A DNA stretch of 64,000 nucleotides from Candidatus Cloacimonadales bacterium. Lineage in GTDB: Bacteria > Cloacimonadota > Cloacimonadia > Cloacimonadales > DAONDQ01. The notes beneath the pieces were generated by a model. That model was not told the DNA's origin, did no database searches, and was given only the letters and a program-made list of their open reading frames with translations. Positions 9,127 to 18,868 of this stretch are shown here, in pieces (the first letter of the stretch is position 1; every line of letters begins with the position of its first letter). The translations under genes were made by a program, and so were the position numbers. The DNA lies in the NCBI GenBank assembly GCA_963662275.1, contig OY759316.1, forward strand, positions 2,112,001 through 2,176,000, given 5' to 3'.

Positions 9127-10752
9127 ATGATGAGAAAGTTCTTTTTAGCGAGTGTTGTCTTATTTGTATTTTTTTCAACGCTGATGGCAACGACAAAAGT
9201 TGCAATTATGCCTTTTGAAAAAATGGATCGCAGTAGCGATTATATCGTAAAAATGCTAAATATTCGGGATATAGAACTAATATTTTCCAATAATAAACAA
9301 TTCGAAGTTATTGGAATCAAGCAATCCAAAGAAACTCTTGGGGCATTAAACGGCAAGAAGATCGATGAAATTGATCCTGAAGATATCTTAGCTGCCGGAA
9401 AAACGCTAGGTGTTGATATTGTCATTACAGGTACTGTGTCTACTGTTGATGCCAGAAATTTTCAAGTTCAAACCAAGATTTACAGCGAAATCACAGGTGA
9501 GGTTAATCCCATTTCCTTCAATGTGACAAAGAATAAATTTGAGCGTTGGGATGCTATGCAAAAGCAATTTATCCCTAAAATCGATGCCTTTGTAACGAAT
9601 GAAATTGCTAAGATGGTAACTCTTGCCACCCAACAATTTGACCAGGAAAATATCGATACTGCTGAAGAAGGATTCTTGAATGTACTGAAAGCAGATCCGA
9701 AGAATATTACGGCTTTTCTGTATCTCGGCAGCATCTATTATGAGAAAAAAGATTACCCAAAATCAGAATCCTATCTGACGCAAGGTTTAGTAATCGATCC
9801 GGCAAACGTAAAAATTCTGAATAGCTTGTTCACGACATATAAAGACCAAAATAAAACTGACTTGGCAATTCCGGTACTTAAGAAAATTGCCCAGGCATCA
9901 GATGATGCTGAGATGTGGTTAGCTTTAGCAAATATGCAAGCTGAAAGTGGTGATAACAAGTCTGCCATCTTCTCTCTTGATAAGTCATTGGAAATCAATC
10001 CGACATATAGCAAAGCCATCTATCGTTACGGTTTAATTTATTATGATCAAAAGAACTATGAAGATGCTATTCCTTATCTGGAAAAAGCCACTACTTCTTA
10101 TCCTGATGATACTGTACTGGCTAAGAAACTAGCTTTCGCATACCAGATTACCGGCAAGATCGATGAAGCGATACAGAAATTCGAACAAGTTGTCGCTGCA
10201 AATCCAACAAATGCCACTGCATTCTTCAATTTGGAAGGTATTTATCGTGCTGCTGCCGGTGATGCTGCTGAGAAGAAAAATACTGATTTAGAAGCTTCCT
10301 ATAATAAAAAAGCCTTAAACACTTTAAATCAATTGAAGATTTTTGCACCTGAAAGTGCACTTCTTTATTTACGCTATGCAGATGTGTATTTTGCAACTAA
10401 CAATATGAATGAAGCTGATAATAATGCTACGTTATCAATCCAGAATGATCCATCCAAATATCCGGCATATCTTATTCTTGCCCAGGTGAATCAAAAACGC
10501 GGTTCGGATAAATATAATCAGTTTGTAGATTTTGAAACCGCTGCTGCCAAAGCGATTGGTAAGAAGGCAGATGCATTAATAAAACAGCGTGATACTGCTA
10601 AGATCGATGCATACAGATTTTTCAAATTGTCTGAAGATCAGTTGAATGCTGCTAAAACAAGAACAGATGACCAGGCAGTCATCGCTGATATTAATTCTCG
10701 AATTGCAGCACTGCAACCATTACTCGCTCAAACTAAGAAAGGTTTCTTTTAA
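9127..10752 (+). CDS. Secreted TPR-repeat protein with CsgG/TolB_N-like N-terminal domain
   Basis: Signal peptide; 'KVAIMPFE...GKTLGVDIVITGTV'; multiple TPR-like repeats (A..YLG..Y..., L..DP.N). Confidence 0.75.
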   Translation: MMRKFFLASVVLFVFFSTLMATTKVAIMPFEKMDRSSDYIVKMLNIRDIELIFSNNKQFEVIGIKQSKETLGALNGKKIDEIDPEDILAAGKTLGVDIVITGTVSTVDARNFQVQTKIYSEITGEVNPISFNVTKNKFERWDAMQKQFIPKIDAFVTNEIAKMVTLATQQFDQENIDTAEEGFLNVLKADPKNITAFLYLGSIYYEKKDYPKSESYLTQGLVIDPANVKILNSLFTTYKDQNKTDLAIPVLKKIAQASDDAEMWLALANMQAESGDNKSAIFSLDKSLEINPTYSKAIYRYGLIYYDQKNYEDAIPYLEKATTSYPDDTVLAKKLAFAYQITGKIDEAIQKFEQVVAANPTNATAFFNLEGIYRAAAGDAAEKKNTDLEASYNKKALNTLNQLKIFAPESALLYLRYADVYFATNNMNEADNNATLSIQNDPSKYPAYLILAQVNQKRGSDKYNQFVDFETAAAKAIGKKADALIKQRDTAKIDAYRFFKLSEDQLNAAKTRTDDQAVIADINSRIAALQPLLAQTKKGFF

Positions 10753-10790
10753 AGAAAGAGACTTTGCTGAGTAAAGGGCAATAAATCTTG

Positions 10791-10824
10791 AACTTCCCGG
10801 GAAATCCGTTTTCTGGGAAGTTTT
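10791..10824 (+). terminator. Terminator or REP-like hairpin
   Basis: aacttccc(g)g...c(t)gggaagtt stem followed by T residues, downstream of the TPR gene; a half-copy lies near 18511. Confidence 0.6.
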
Positions 10825-11191
10825 ATTAAATTGTAAAACATCAGCTATCTATTGAGAAAACTCCGAATATCATTTAGATTAAATTACAATTGTCCTGTTC
10901 CCCATGCAACGAGTAGCTTAGTTTTCATGTTCATCTGATCTTTCTGATCAATAAAAAATATCCTGCAATCTGAAACTCTAAACATAGCATGTTAAGCCAA
11001 CTATATTTGCTTTTGTTTCCTTTCAACACAGGCTCTTGGAAACTGCTAATTTCCGTTATTATCAAGCCTCTTAGGAAAGAATTGTGAGTATTCATTAATT
11101 TCAAAATAAAAGATTTGACATTTTATGAAGTTCTTTAGATTATAGTCGATTGCTTTATTGAAACAAAAACCAATATTCATGGAGGTATAAT

Positions 11192-13387
11192 ATGAAAAAA
11201 ATTCTATTCTTTAGTACTCTTATGATGCTAAGTATGGTTCTGTTTGCTTTTACTCCTACCATTGACGGTGTCAAAGATACCGGCTGGGGTACAACTCCCA
11301 CACATAGCACAACAACATTAAAACAGCCTATCGAATTCAATTTGGATGGTGGTTGTTATGTCACAGATGACGCAAATTACGTCTATATCGGAATTCCCAC
11401 AGATAATGATCCCTGGAGTGATGGAAAACCTGTACATTTTCATGTTGCTATTGATTTGAGAAATACGGTTACAGGTGGTTCAAGTGATGCATGGGGTAGT
11501 CAAATGTCTTATGGTCAGCCCTATAAACCAGAGTTCGATATTATCAGTCAGTGGAGCACAACAAGTGAACTTGTCGGATGGACAGGACTTCAAACTTGGA
11601 CTGGGTCTGCCTGGTCGGGATCTGAATTTCCTGGAACAAATATCAAAGGCGGTGGTGGAGCATTCACAGAAATAGCAATTCCACGTAGCGTATTAGGTAA
11701 TATTGAAATCTCTGAAGTAATCAATATCTCTGTTTGGGCGCGACCTGCTTATGATAAACCACGCGGAACAGTATGTTTACCAGCGGATACATCTTTCCCT
11801 GCTGATTGGGGTGATGGTGGAACCAGTACATTTACAACGCAATTTCCCTACATTTTAACAACACTCCTAGCAGATGCAATTCCTCCACAGGTTGTCAATG
11901 CTACTCAGCTCACGGATTCATCTTTCAATTTGACCTTTAATGAACCTATGAAAGAAGAGAACGCCACTGATACAAGTAATTATACTTTCGGTGGAGGTAT
12001 GACAATATCTTCGATTGATGTAGTCAGTTCAACAGTATTCACTTTCCATACAGTTTTAAAGCTTTCTGGTGGGACGACTTACTCAGTGATCGCCCATCCC
12101 GAAATCGTTGATATTGCAGGTAACCCTATTAATGCAACGAATGATAGTACATCATTTGTCGGATTGTATTATTCAAATGTGACTTTCCAAGTTAATATGA
12201 ATGTCCTGATTATTAGTGGTGGATTCGTTCCAGCAACTGACAATGTGGCAGTTCGTGGTAGTTTCAATGGCTGGGGAACTACAAGCTTATCAGACACAGA
12301 TACCGATGGGATATATACTCTTTCCCTTTCAGTACCTTATGGTACCGGTTCATCATTTAGTTACAAATATTGGAACAATCATCTAAGTGGTGATATCTGG
12401 GAAAGTGTTTCTCCAGATCGTTCTTTTACTATTGCTGGCGTTGATAATATCATCCCTGTCGTCTATTGGAATAATACTGAACCTACAGGCCTAACAACCC
12501 ATTATATCGATGTAACCTTCCAAGTAAATATGGCTTTACAAACAGTATCAGCGGATGTCTATGCCGCTGGTGCCTTCAATTCCTGGAGCGGAACGGCTAC
12601 ACCAATGGCACTCGATAGTTTAGCAATCTATTCTGTCACTCATAGGTTCCCTGCCTATTCGCTCAAGAGCCAGGAGTATAAATTTGTGAATGATACTGTT
12701 TGGGAATATATAGATAACAGGACATTTACTCTAAATGATTCCTTATCCTCTATGATTCTTCCCGTAGTTTATTTTAACAATTCCATTCCCACTGAATTAT
12801 CTGGAATTGCATTTCTTCAAAAGGCTTCATCGTCATTCACGAATTTTAACAACGATGATATACTTCCTGCTGGTGATAGCTTAAAATTTGAAGTCAGGAT
12901 GACTCCAGTTGATATTGCTGCAAATTCACAATACTCTGCTACGCTGCGTTACCGTATTCTGCCGTGGGTGGATTTTCTTTATAAGACCTTCACCTATAAT
13001 AACACATACGGAAGTGATTCTTATTGGCAAACCACTTTAGATAATGGTATTGAAGTCAGTGATGGAGATACAATAGAATTCTATGTAACCGCTACTGATT
13101 ACAATGGTCCAATTTTCACTGATGATAATAGCGGAGCATTTTATCGCGTAATCATCGGTGGTGGAAGCTTACCTTCTCCTGACAGTTTACTGATAAGCCT
13201 TTCCGGAGAAGACATTCATATCACTTGGGGTGCAGTTACAGGAGCATCATCTTATCGCGTTTACTACTTTAATGATCCTAGTAACCCTAGTTATCAAAAT
13301 TTTAGCGATGTTACAGACGCTGAAATTACCCTTTCAGGGCATGCCTTATTTGGTAGTGAATTCTACTGTGTAGAAGCACGACCATAA
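11192..13387 (+). CDS. Secreted multi-domain carbohydrate-binding protein (DOMON/CBM9-like, Ig-like, two CBM20-like repeats, C-terminal FN3-like domain)
   Basis: Signal peptide; two repeats 'VTFQVNM...V.V.G.FN.W...Y...YK(Y/F)...WE...R.FT...IPVVY(W/F)NN'; 'D..PPQV...FNEP...DIAGN' Ig-like module; no recognisable catalytic domain. Confidence 0.7.
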   Translation: MKKILFFSTLMMLSMVLFAFTPTIDGVKDTGWGTTPTHSTTTLKQPIEFNLDGGCYVTDDANYVYIGIPTDNDPWSDGKPVHFHVAIDLRNTVTGGSSDAWGSQMSYGQPYKPEFDIISQWSTTSELVGWTGLQTWTGSAWSGSEFPGTNIKGGGGAFTEIAIPRSVLGNIEISEVINISVWARPAYDKPRGTVCLPADTSFPADWGDGGTSTFTTQFPYILTTLLADAIPPQVVNATQLTDSSFNLTFNEPMKEENATDTSNYTFGGGMTISSIDVVSSTVFTFHTVLKLSGGTTYSVIAHPEIVDIAGNPINATNDSTSFVGLYYSNVTFQVNMNVLIISGGFVPATDNVAVRGSFNGWGTTSLSDTDTDGIYTLSLSVPYGTGSSFSYKYWNNHLSGDIWESVSPDRSFTIAGVDNIIPVVYWNNTEPTGLTTHYIDVTFQVNMALQTVSADVYAAGAFNSWSGTATPMALDSLAIYSVTHRFPAYSLKSQEYKFVNDTVWEYIDNRTFTLNDSLSSMILPVVYFNNSIPTELSGIAFLQKASSSFTNFNNDDILPAGDSLKFEVRMTPVDIAANSQYSATLRYRILPWVDFLYKTFTYNNTYGSDSYWQTTLDNGIEVSDGDTIEFYVTATDYNGPIFTDDNSGAFYRVIIGGGSLPSPDSLLISLSGEDIHITWGAVTGASSYRVYYFNDPSNPSYQNFSDVTDAEITLSGHALFGSEFYCVEARP

Positions 13388-13400
13388 TGAATATTTAGAG

Positions 13401-13430
13401 AACGGGTCTGCTGATATGGCAGACCCGTTT
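13401..13430 (+). terminator. Intrinsic terminator
   Basis: aacgggtctgc/gcagacccgtt stem directly after the stop codon. Confidence 0.75.
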
Positions 13431-13587
13431 GATTTCTTTAATTTTATATAACTTATAATCGCAGGAATCAATGAAGAAGATTGACTTGCATGTGAAATAG
13501 AAAAATAAACTTCTATATTTGAAATTGCTTGAAGAAATAGCAGTAAATGATGTATAAATAAATCTAGGTAATTAAGAGGAGATTTCT

Positions 13588-15156
13588 ATGAAAACGTTAC
13601 GTTTAATTTTAGTTTTTGCAATGCTATTGATGATCTGTAATGCCATTGCGACCCCAAGAGTGGTAGGTTCTTTTGCACAGGCTGGATATACAGATTGGGA
13701 TCCAGGAAATGCCGCTTTGGAAATGACTTCAGTCGGCGGTACAATTTATTCAATAACGCTTAGCCTGCCTGCTGGAACCTATGCTTATAAAATCGTAGAT
13801 GGCACTGTGTGGCAGGATCCAAATTACCCGGGAAATAATCAGGGCTTTACTATAGCTTCTACGACTTCATGTACTTTTTTATGTAATAGGACTGCCCATT
13901 TAGTCATGCACACTGCTCCTATAATCGCAGGTAATTTTATCTCTGAGTTAGGTGGAACTGACTGGACTCCTTCAGATCCTATTGGTTTAATGACAATTCA
14001 GCCCTCACCTTTACAGTTCTATCAATGGGAAGGTATCGTTCCTGCTGGAACATACGAATTCAAGGTTACATTAAATGGTAATTGGGATCAGAGTACAACT
14101 TCAAATAACATTCCCTTTGTATCTGATGGTATCATATCGACAATAATTTCTTATAATTTCGATACAAACGTTGTATCTACAAGTGCAGGTGCTCCACCTT
14201 CAGCCTCCATCAAATTTACTGTTGATGATCGAGCATATCATACTCACACCGCTTTCTATCTCAAAGGTTCTTGGAACGGAGATGGTTATTATGATGTATC
14301 ATGGGGAGGTGGCATGGAACATATTGCTCTAACAGATGATGGATTGAATGGTGATGTAGCTGCTGGAGACCATATATTTACAGCAGTTCAGGACTTAGTG
14401 ACAGATGCCGGAAGCAACACTTGGTATTGGGGTTTGAATGATGAAAACCATAACTGGGTAGATGCTTCTTATGCCACTTTTACAAACCCGACTACTGATC
14501 CGCAAACAATGGGAATTCAATTAGGGGATATTGAACTCCCTGTTGAACTATCTTCCTTTACAGCTATTAATTATGATGAAACTACTGTATCAATTCAATG
14601 GGTTACTCAATCAGAAACTGAATTGCTCGGATACAATGTCTTACGTAATTCATCAGCAGACCTGAATACTGCTAATGTTCTCAATAATCATATCATTGGT
14701 GCAACTAACACTGCACAGACACAATCCTATTCTATCCAGGATAACGAACTGACCACTGATATGACATATTTCTACTGGTTGGAATCTGTAAATTTAGATG
14801 GAACGAATAAGCTCTTCGGGCCTGTAACATTATACTTCAATATTAACGATCCTATTACTCCAACTCCAAATATCTCAAAAACTACGCAGTTGTTCGCTGC
14901 TTATCCCAATCCGTTTAATCCGAATACAACGCTTAGTTTTCAATTGGAAACAGGTGCTAAAACGGATTTGAGTATATTCAATGTAAGAGGGGAATTGATC
15001 AAACACATCTTCAACGGTTCTCTTACATCTGGTGTATATCGTTGGAATTGGGATGGGACAGATACCCAGGGTAATAGTGTTAGTAGTGGTGTGTATTATT
15101 ACCGTTTAGATGCCGGAAAATACCACCAAACAAATAAAATGGTACTCATGAAATAA
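13588..15156 (+). CDS. Secreted protein with tandem pullulanase X25-like starch-binding domains and a T9SS/FlgD-like C-terminal domain
   Basis: Two 'G.F..E.G..DW.P...PAGTY.(Y/F)K...W' repeats; LPVELSSF linker; 'YPNPFNP...IFNVRG...SSGVYYYRL' CTD. Confidence 0.75.
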   Translation: MKTLRLILVFAMLLMICNAIATPRVVGSFAQAGYTDWDPGNAALEMTSVGGTIYSITLSLPAGTYAYKIVDGTVWQDPNYPGNNQGFTIASTTSCTFLCNRTAHLVMHTAPIIAGNFISELGGTDWTPSDPIGLMTIQPSPLQFYQWEGIVPAGTYEFKVTLNGNWDQSTTSNNIPFVSDGIISTIISYNFDTNVVSTSAGAPPSASIKFTVDDRAYHTHTAFYLKGSWNGDGYYDVSWGGGMEHIALTDDGLNGDVAAGDHIFTAVQDLVTDAGSNTWYWGLNDENHNWVDASYATFTNPTTDPQTMGIQLGDIELPVELSSFTAINYDETTVSIQWVTQSETELLGYNVLRNSSADLNTANVLNNHIIGATNTAQTQSYSIQDNELTTDMTYFYWLESVNLDGTNKLFGPVTLYFNINDPITPTPNISKTTQLFAAYPNPFNPNTTLSFQLETGAKTDLSIFNVRGELIKHIFNGSLTSGVYRWNWDGTDTQGNSVSSGVYYYRLDAGKYHQTNKMVLMK

Positions 15157-15167
15157 ACATAGCTGTC

Positions 15168-15203
15168 AGAAAAAGGCGTCTTGTTCAGACGCCTTTTTCT
15201 TTT
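15168..15203 (+). terminator. Intrinsic terminator
   Basis: agaaaaaggcgtc/gacgcctttttct stem with T tract. Confidence 0.85.
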
Positions 15204-15318
15204 GTCGTAAAATGCTGTAAATAACCATTCACTATAACAAATCATTTGACACTATAACACGAATATTCAATGCTCATATTCTCATGAATCATCATGAATT
15301 ACTATATTGGGAGTTTAT

Positions 15319-17064
15319 ATGAGCTGGGTCTTTGCCGCAATCAGTCATAATCCAATTACCAGGGAAATTAAAAATAAATTCAAAGTAATACATCATTACC
15401 CTCAGTACCTCCAAGAATCAGCATATATATACATCGCGTCAGCAGGACCTGATCTAACTACATGCTGTCATTTGAATTATCATGAGGATAATTCAGGTTA
15501 TATCATACTAGGTAGTCCTTTATGGGCAATTGAAAACGGATATCATTTCCTGACCAAGAATGATTGGGATCACTTTTCATGGGAAGATGATGATATATGT
15601 AGATTGGAAGGTCATTATGCCTTATTGCGATGGCATGGTAATCATTTTGAATGCTGGACTGACCCTATCGGTTTACGTGATTTCCTGATCGTGAATACCG
15701 TGTGGGGTTATGTTATCACAACACGACTGGATTGGGCATCACGGATGATTGATGCCAGTTCTTTCAACCTCGAAGCATTGTCCACGCACATCATCGTTGG
15801 TGCTACTCTTGGTGAGGATATGATTATTAATGGCATCAGACGTGTTTATAGAGGTATGAAGGCAGAAATAACTGCGATAAGCTGCATTATACAGCAGATG
15901 CCTTGTAGCGAAATTAAACCCAGCATCCATACTCGTGATGAATTAAATTCAGATATGATGAAACGTGTCTTGCTGCCATTCAAGGAAAATAGAAGATTAT
16001 CAATGGCTCTATCTGGTGGACTTGATTCACGAACTGTCCTCAGTTACTTGTTGCTTCCTGAAGCCAAGCACTATCGTTCCCTATGGGATGCATATACTAT
16101 CGGCTCTGCAGGGGAATCTGATCTGAAAATAGCCAAGCGAATTAGCAATGAATTTCACATCAAACATAAAATTATAGAACCTGATCTTGCACCTGTGTCA
16201 GAACTATGGAATTATATGAAGGAAAATGTTCTTTCTATGAGAATGGATATGTTTCCCTCCATAACCAATCGGTATCAGTTTATGTTCGATATGGCTAAGT
16301 ATTATGATGGTATTATCGACGGTGGCTCAGGATGGTTACTGAAGTACCAGGTATCCCGGAAAACAGGTTTTAAGCATAGAAATGACATCATAACAGGGAA
16401 TTGGGATAATATAGTTCCTGATCTGATGCGAAATGACGCTTTCTTCTTCAGTAATGAAGCCAGGGAGCAGATGACATCAAAAATTCATACACGAACAATA
16501 GAACTGATGTCAAGGATTGAAAGTCCCAATACTTTGGGTTTCTATAATTGGCTGAATCAATTCTTCATAGATTCGCATCTGCCATTTAAATACAGCAGTC
16601 ATCAAATCTGGGTTGATAATATTCTCCAGGATTATATGCCTACAATGTCACATATCTTTATGAAAAATATTCTTCAAATACCAACTGAACAAAAAATAGA
16701 TAATCGTTTATGCTATTACTTTATTCGAAAGAATAAGGAAAAACTCATACATATACCACGTGTTGCTTATGGTTTGCAGCTTCCCTGTCGGACAAACACA
16801 CTGTATTTTGCCACATACGCAAAAATACATCATAAATTGTTTCCCGTTCAACCACAACATTCGAATATGAGGCTCTGGAATCATCTAAGAGAACCTGTAT
16901 TAGATCAATTGAATTCCAATACTGTCAGGCAATATGAAAGATATGACTGGATGAATCTGCGAAACCACGTGGAATCTTTTTATCAAGGAAAAACGGAGAA
17001 TGCTAACTGGATAGATCATTGGCTGCGTTTTGATTTCTGGCGAGAACTTGTGGAAGGAAAATAA
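15319..17064 (+). CDS. Asparagine synthetase-related protein (ATP-pyrophosphatase fold)
   Basis: LSGGLDSR PP-loop; degenerate Ntn-like N-terminal half ('LEGHYAL', 'TDPIG.R') with no N-terminal Cys. ATG 15319 follows ggag (the ORF track uses TTG 15307). Confidence 0.7.
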   Translation: MSWVFAAISHNPITREIKNKFKVIHHYPQYLQESAYIYIASAGPDLTTCCHLNYHEDNSGYIILGSPLWAIENGYHFLTKNDWDHFSWEDDDICRLEGHYALLRWHGNHFECWTDPIGLRDFLIVNTVWGYVITTRLDWASRMIDASSFNLEALSTHIIVGATLGEDMIINGIRRVYRGMKAEITAISCIIQQMPCSEIKPSIHTRDELNSDMMKRVLLPFKENRRLSMALSGGLDSRTVLSYLLLPEAKHYRSLWDAYTIGSAGESDLKIAKRISNEFHIKHKIIEPDLAPVSELWNYMKENVLSMRMDMFPSITNRYQFMFDMAKYYDGIIDGGSGWLLKYQVSRKTGFKHRNDIITGNWDNIVPDLMRNDAFFFSNEAREQMTSKIHTRTIELMSRIESPNTLGFYNWLNQFFIDSHLPFKYSSHQIWVDNILQDYMPTMSHIFMKNILQIPTEQKIDNRLCYYFIRKNKEKLIHIPRVAYGLQLPCRTNTLYFATYAKIHHKLFPVQPQHSNMRLWNHLREPVLDQLNSNTVRQYERYDWMNLRNHVESFYQGKTENANWIDHWLRFDFWRELVEGK

Positions 17065-17301
17065 GGATTTAGTTGAATGATAATCGGAATCTCATTATTC
17101 TTAATCTTCTCGCATACTTTTCTTTTTCCCAAATCGGCAAAGAGTTTCATCTTCTCTCGAGAGGAATTAAACCTCATTTTGTCAAAGACACATCTGTATG
17201 TTGATGATTTGTCTTTGTTGAAAAGAAACAGATAAACCTATATTCTATATGTTATTCAATATTCGCAAGATTCTTTAAAAAATTTCTAACTGGAGGTGTA
17301 T

Positions 17302-18018
17302 ATGAAATATGATTCTATCTATCAGGATGCTAAAAATCAGTTTGAGTTATGGGCAAACCCTGAAATCGTAAAGAAGTACTCCCGCTACTTTAAGGAAGGA
17401 TATAATGCTTATGGGTTAGGAGAAGGGCAGTTGGTTTCCTACATCCGGACTGTACTTGAGCAATATCCATCAATTACAGTTGATGAAATCCTGGAATTAG
17501 GTGACATCCTTTTTGCTGATGGAAAATACGAAATAGGCAGTATGGCAGTTTTTTAACTGAAAGAAAGAAAGTCTGAGTTTAACAAATCAACTCTTATTGG
17601 AGTTAAAAAGTGGTTTGATAATGGAGTCAATAACTGGGGTCACAGCGATGTTCTATGTTCTCTCATTACACCGGTTTTCTTCCATGAGAATATTGCCACA
17701 TACATTGATATGAAAGACTGGCGGGTCTCCCCCAGCCGTTGGACGAGGAGAGCTGTTCCTGTATCATTACTTGCCTTGATCAAAACTGTTGAACCGAGTT
17801 TACTGCTTGAATTTGTTGAGCCAATGATGCTTGACCAGGAACGAGTTGTACACCAGGGACTAGGCTGGTTCCTTCGTGAATTATGGAAAAAACATCCCAC
17901 TGAAGTAGAAGAACTTTTATTGAAATACAAGAATATATCTGCCCGACTGATCTTTCAATACGCAACAGAGAAAATGACAAAAGAACAGAAACTGAGATTT
18001 TCTAAAGATAAGAAGTGA
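17302..18018 (+). pseudogene. DNA alkylation repair protein (AlkD-like HEAT repeat) with an in-frame premature stop
   Basis: ORFs 17296-17556 and 17710-18018 are in the same frame. The single TAA at 17554-17556 (gtt ttt TAA ctg) is followed by open reading '...NNWGHSD...W.RR..PV...VHQGLGWFLRE'. Confidence 0.75.
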
Positions 18019-18038
18019 CTATCATGTAGAGCATGATA

Positions 18039-18196
18039 CCGTTCCTGCTGAATTATAACTCCGCATTAACGCGGTTGTCGAGTAGTACTCCGTTCCAGCT
18101 GATTTGTAACTCCGCATTTACGCGGTTGTCGAGTAGTACTCCGTTCCAGCTGATTTGTAACTCCGCATTTACGCGGTTGTCGAGTAGTACTCCGTT
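18039..18196. repeat. Tandem repeat, 51-bp unit x3, with a small internal hairpin
   Basis: Unit ccgttccagctgatttgtaactccgcatttacgcggttgtcgagtagtact starts at 18039, 18090 and 18141, with a partial copy at 18192; no spacers. Confidence 0.9.
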
Positions 18197-18228
18197 TTCT
18201 GTAAATCCCCATACGATCTTCAAAGATT

Positions 18229-18370
18229 ATACCAATTTCAATCCAATTTCATACCTGTTTCAATCCTGTTTCAATCCTGTTTCATACCAATCTCATTCCT
18301 GTTTCGAGAAATAGGTATGAATTAAGTATGAAGTTAGATTCATGTTGCTTTGGAATAGGTATAATCTATG
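18229..18370 (+). repeat. 11-bp-periodic fold-back element (family B), copy 1
   Basis: Seven units of A(T/A)(A/T)CC(AA/TG)TTTC, then inverted degenerate units and a tail ttgcttt..atag.ta..atctatg shared with 60091-60199. Confidence 0.75.
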
Positions 18371-18555
18371 GGCAACATAGGTGCTTTTATTGTACCATAC
18401 TACCGGAGTTTGATATCGTAGATGCTTTTTCATGAAGGTAATTAATGAATGAATATAGAAGAAGAGGTTAGACACGCTAGTCAATCCCGGCATCGTGCTC
18501 TGGAATTATGAACTTCCCAGAAAAGGATTTTCGCTACCGAGGATGAAAGGTCGTA

Positions 18556-18730
18556 TCATGAAGTCCACTTGCCCTTTTAGTCAGGTATTCAATGATAACT
18601 TGTTTAGGGCATTTGAACTCCAAACTCTTAGCTTTCATGTAAAGTCCATTTTCCCTTTTAGCCTGGTGGTAATTGATAGTTTTGCTTGGGAAATTGAACT
18701 CCAGATACTTAGCTTTCATGTAAAGTCCGC
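18556..18730. repeat. Diverged 81-bp tandem duplication
   Basis: cccttttag...ttgaactcca.a..cttagctttcatgtaaagtcc occurs at 18572 and 18653 (offset 81). Confidence 0.75.
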
Positions 18731-18868
18731 AACGCCTTTAAGCATCAAAAAAACTTCAATCTCGAAGGCGTTTTGGACTCCAGGGATGAGTAGGTACACA
18801 TATTTCTTTACAATTCATCCAGTTTTATGCGTTGTATTTCATGAATACATTAACTTCTGGAGAATATT

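Noticed and set aside
10830..11110. Riboswitch or ncRNA in the long intergenic region
   Set aside because: I could not see a recognisable conserved motif or convincing structure by eye; an Rfam scan would be needed to exclude one.
15319..17290. Lasso peptide cluster
   Set aside because: No B1/B2 (RRE, transglutaminase-like) genes and no credible precursor peptide are adjacent.
17065..17290. Small ORF between the asparagine-synthetase-like gene and the AlkD-like gene
   Set aside because: A ~52-codon frame exists but lacks a clear RBS or any recognisable motif.
18039..18196. CRISPR array, or a real protein for ORF 18033-18314
   Set aside because: The 51-bp units are identical end to end with no spacers; the ORF is just the translation of the repeats.
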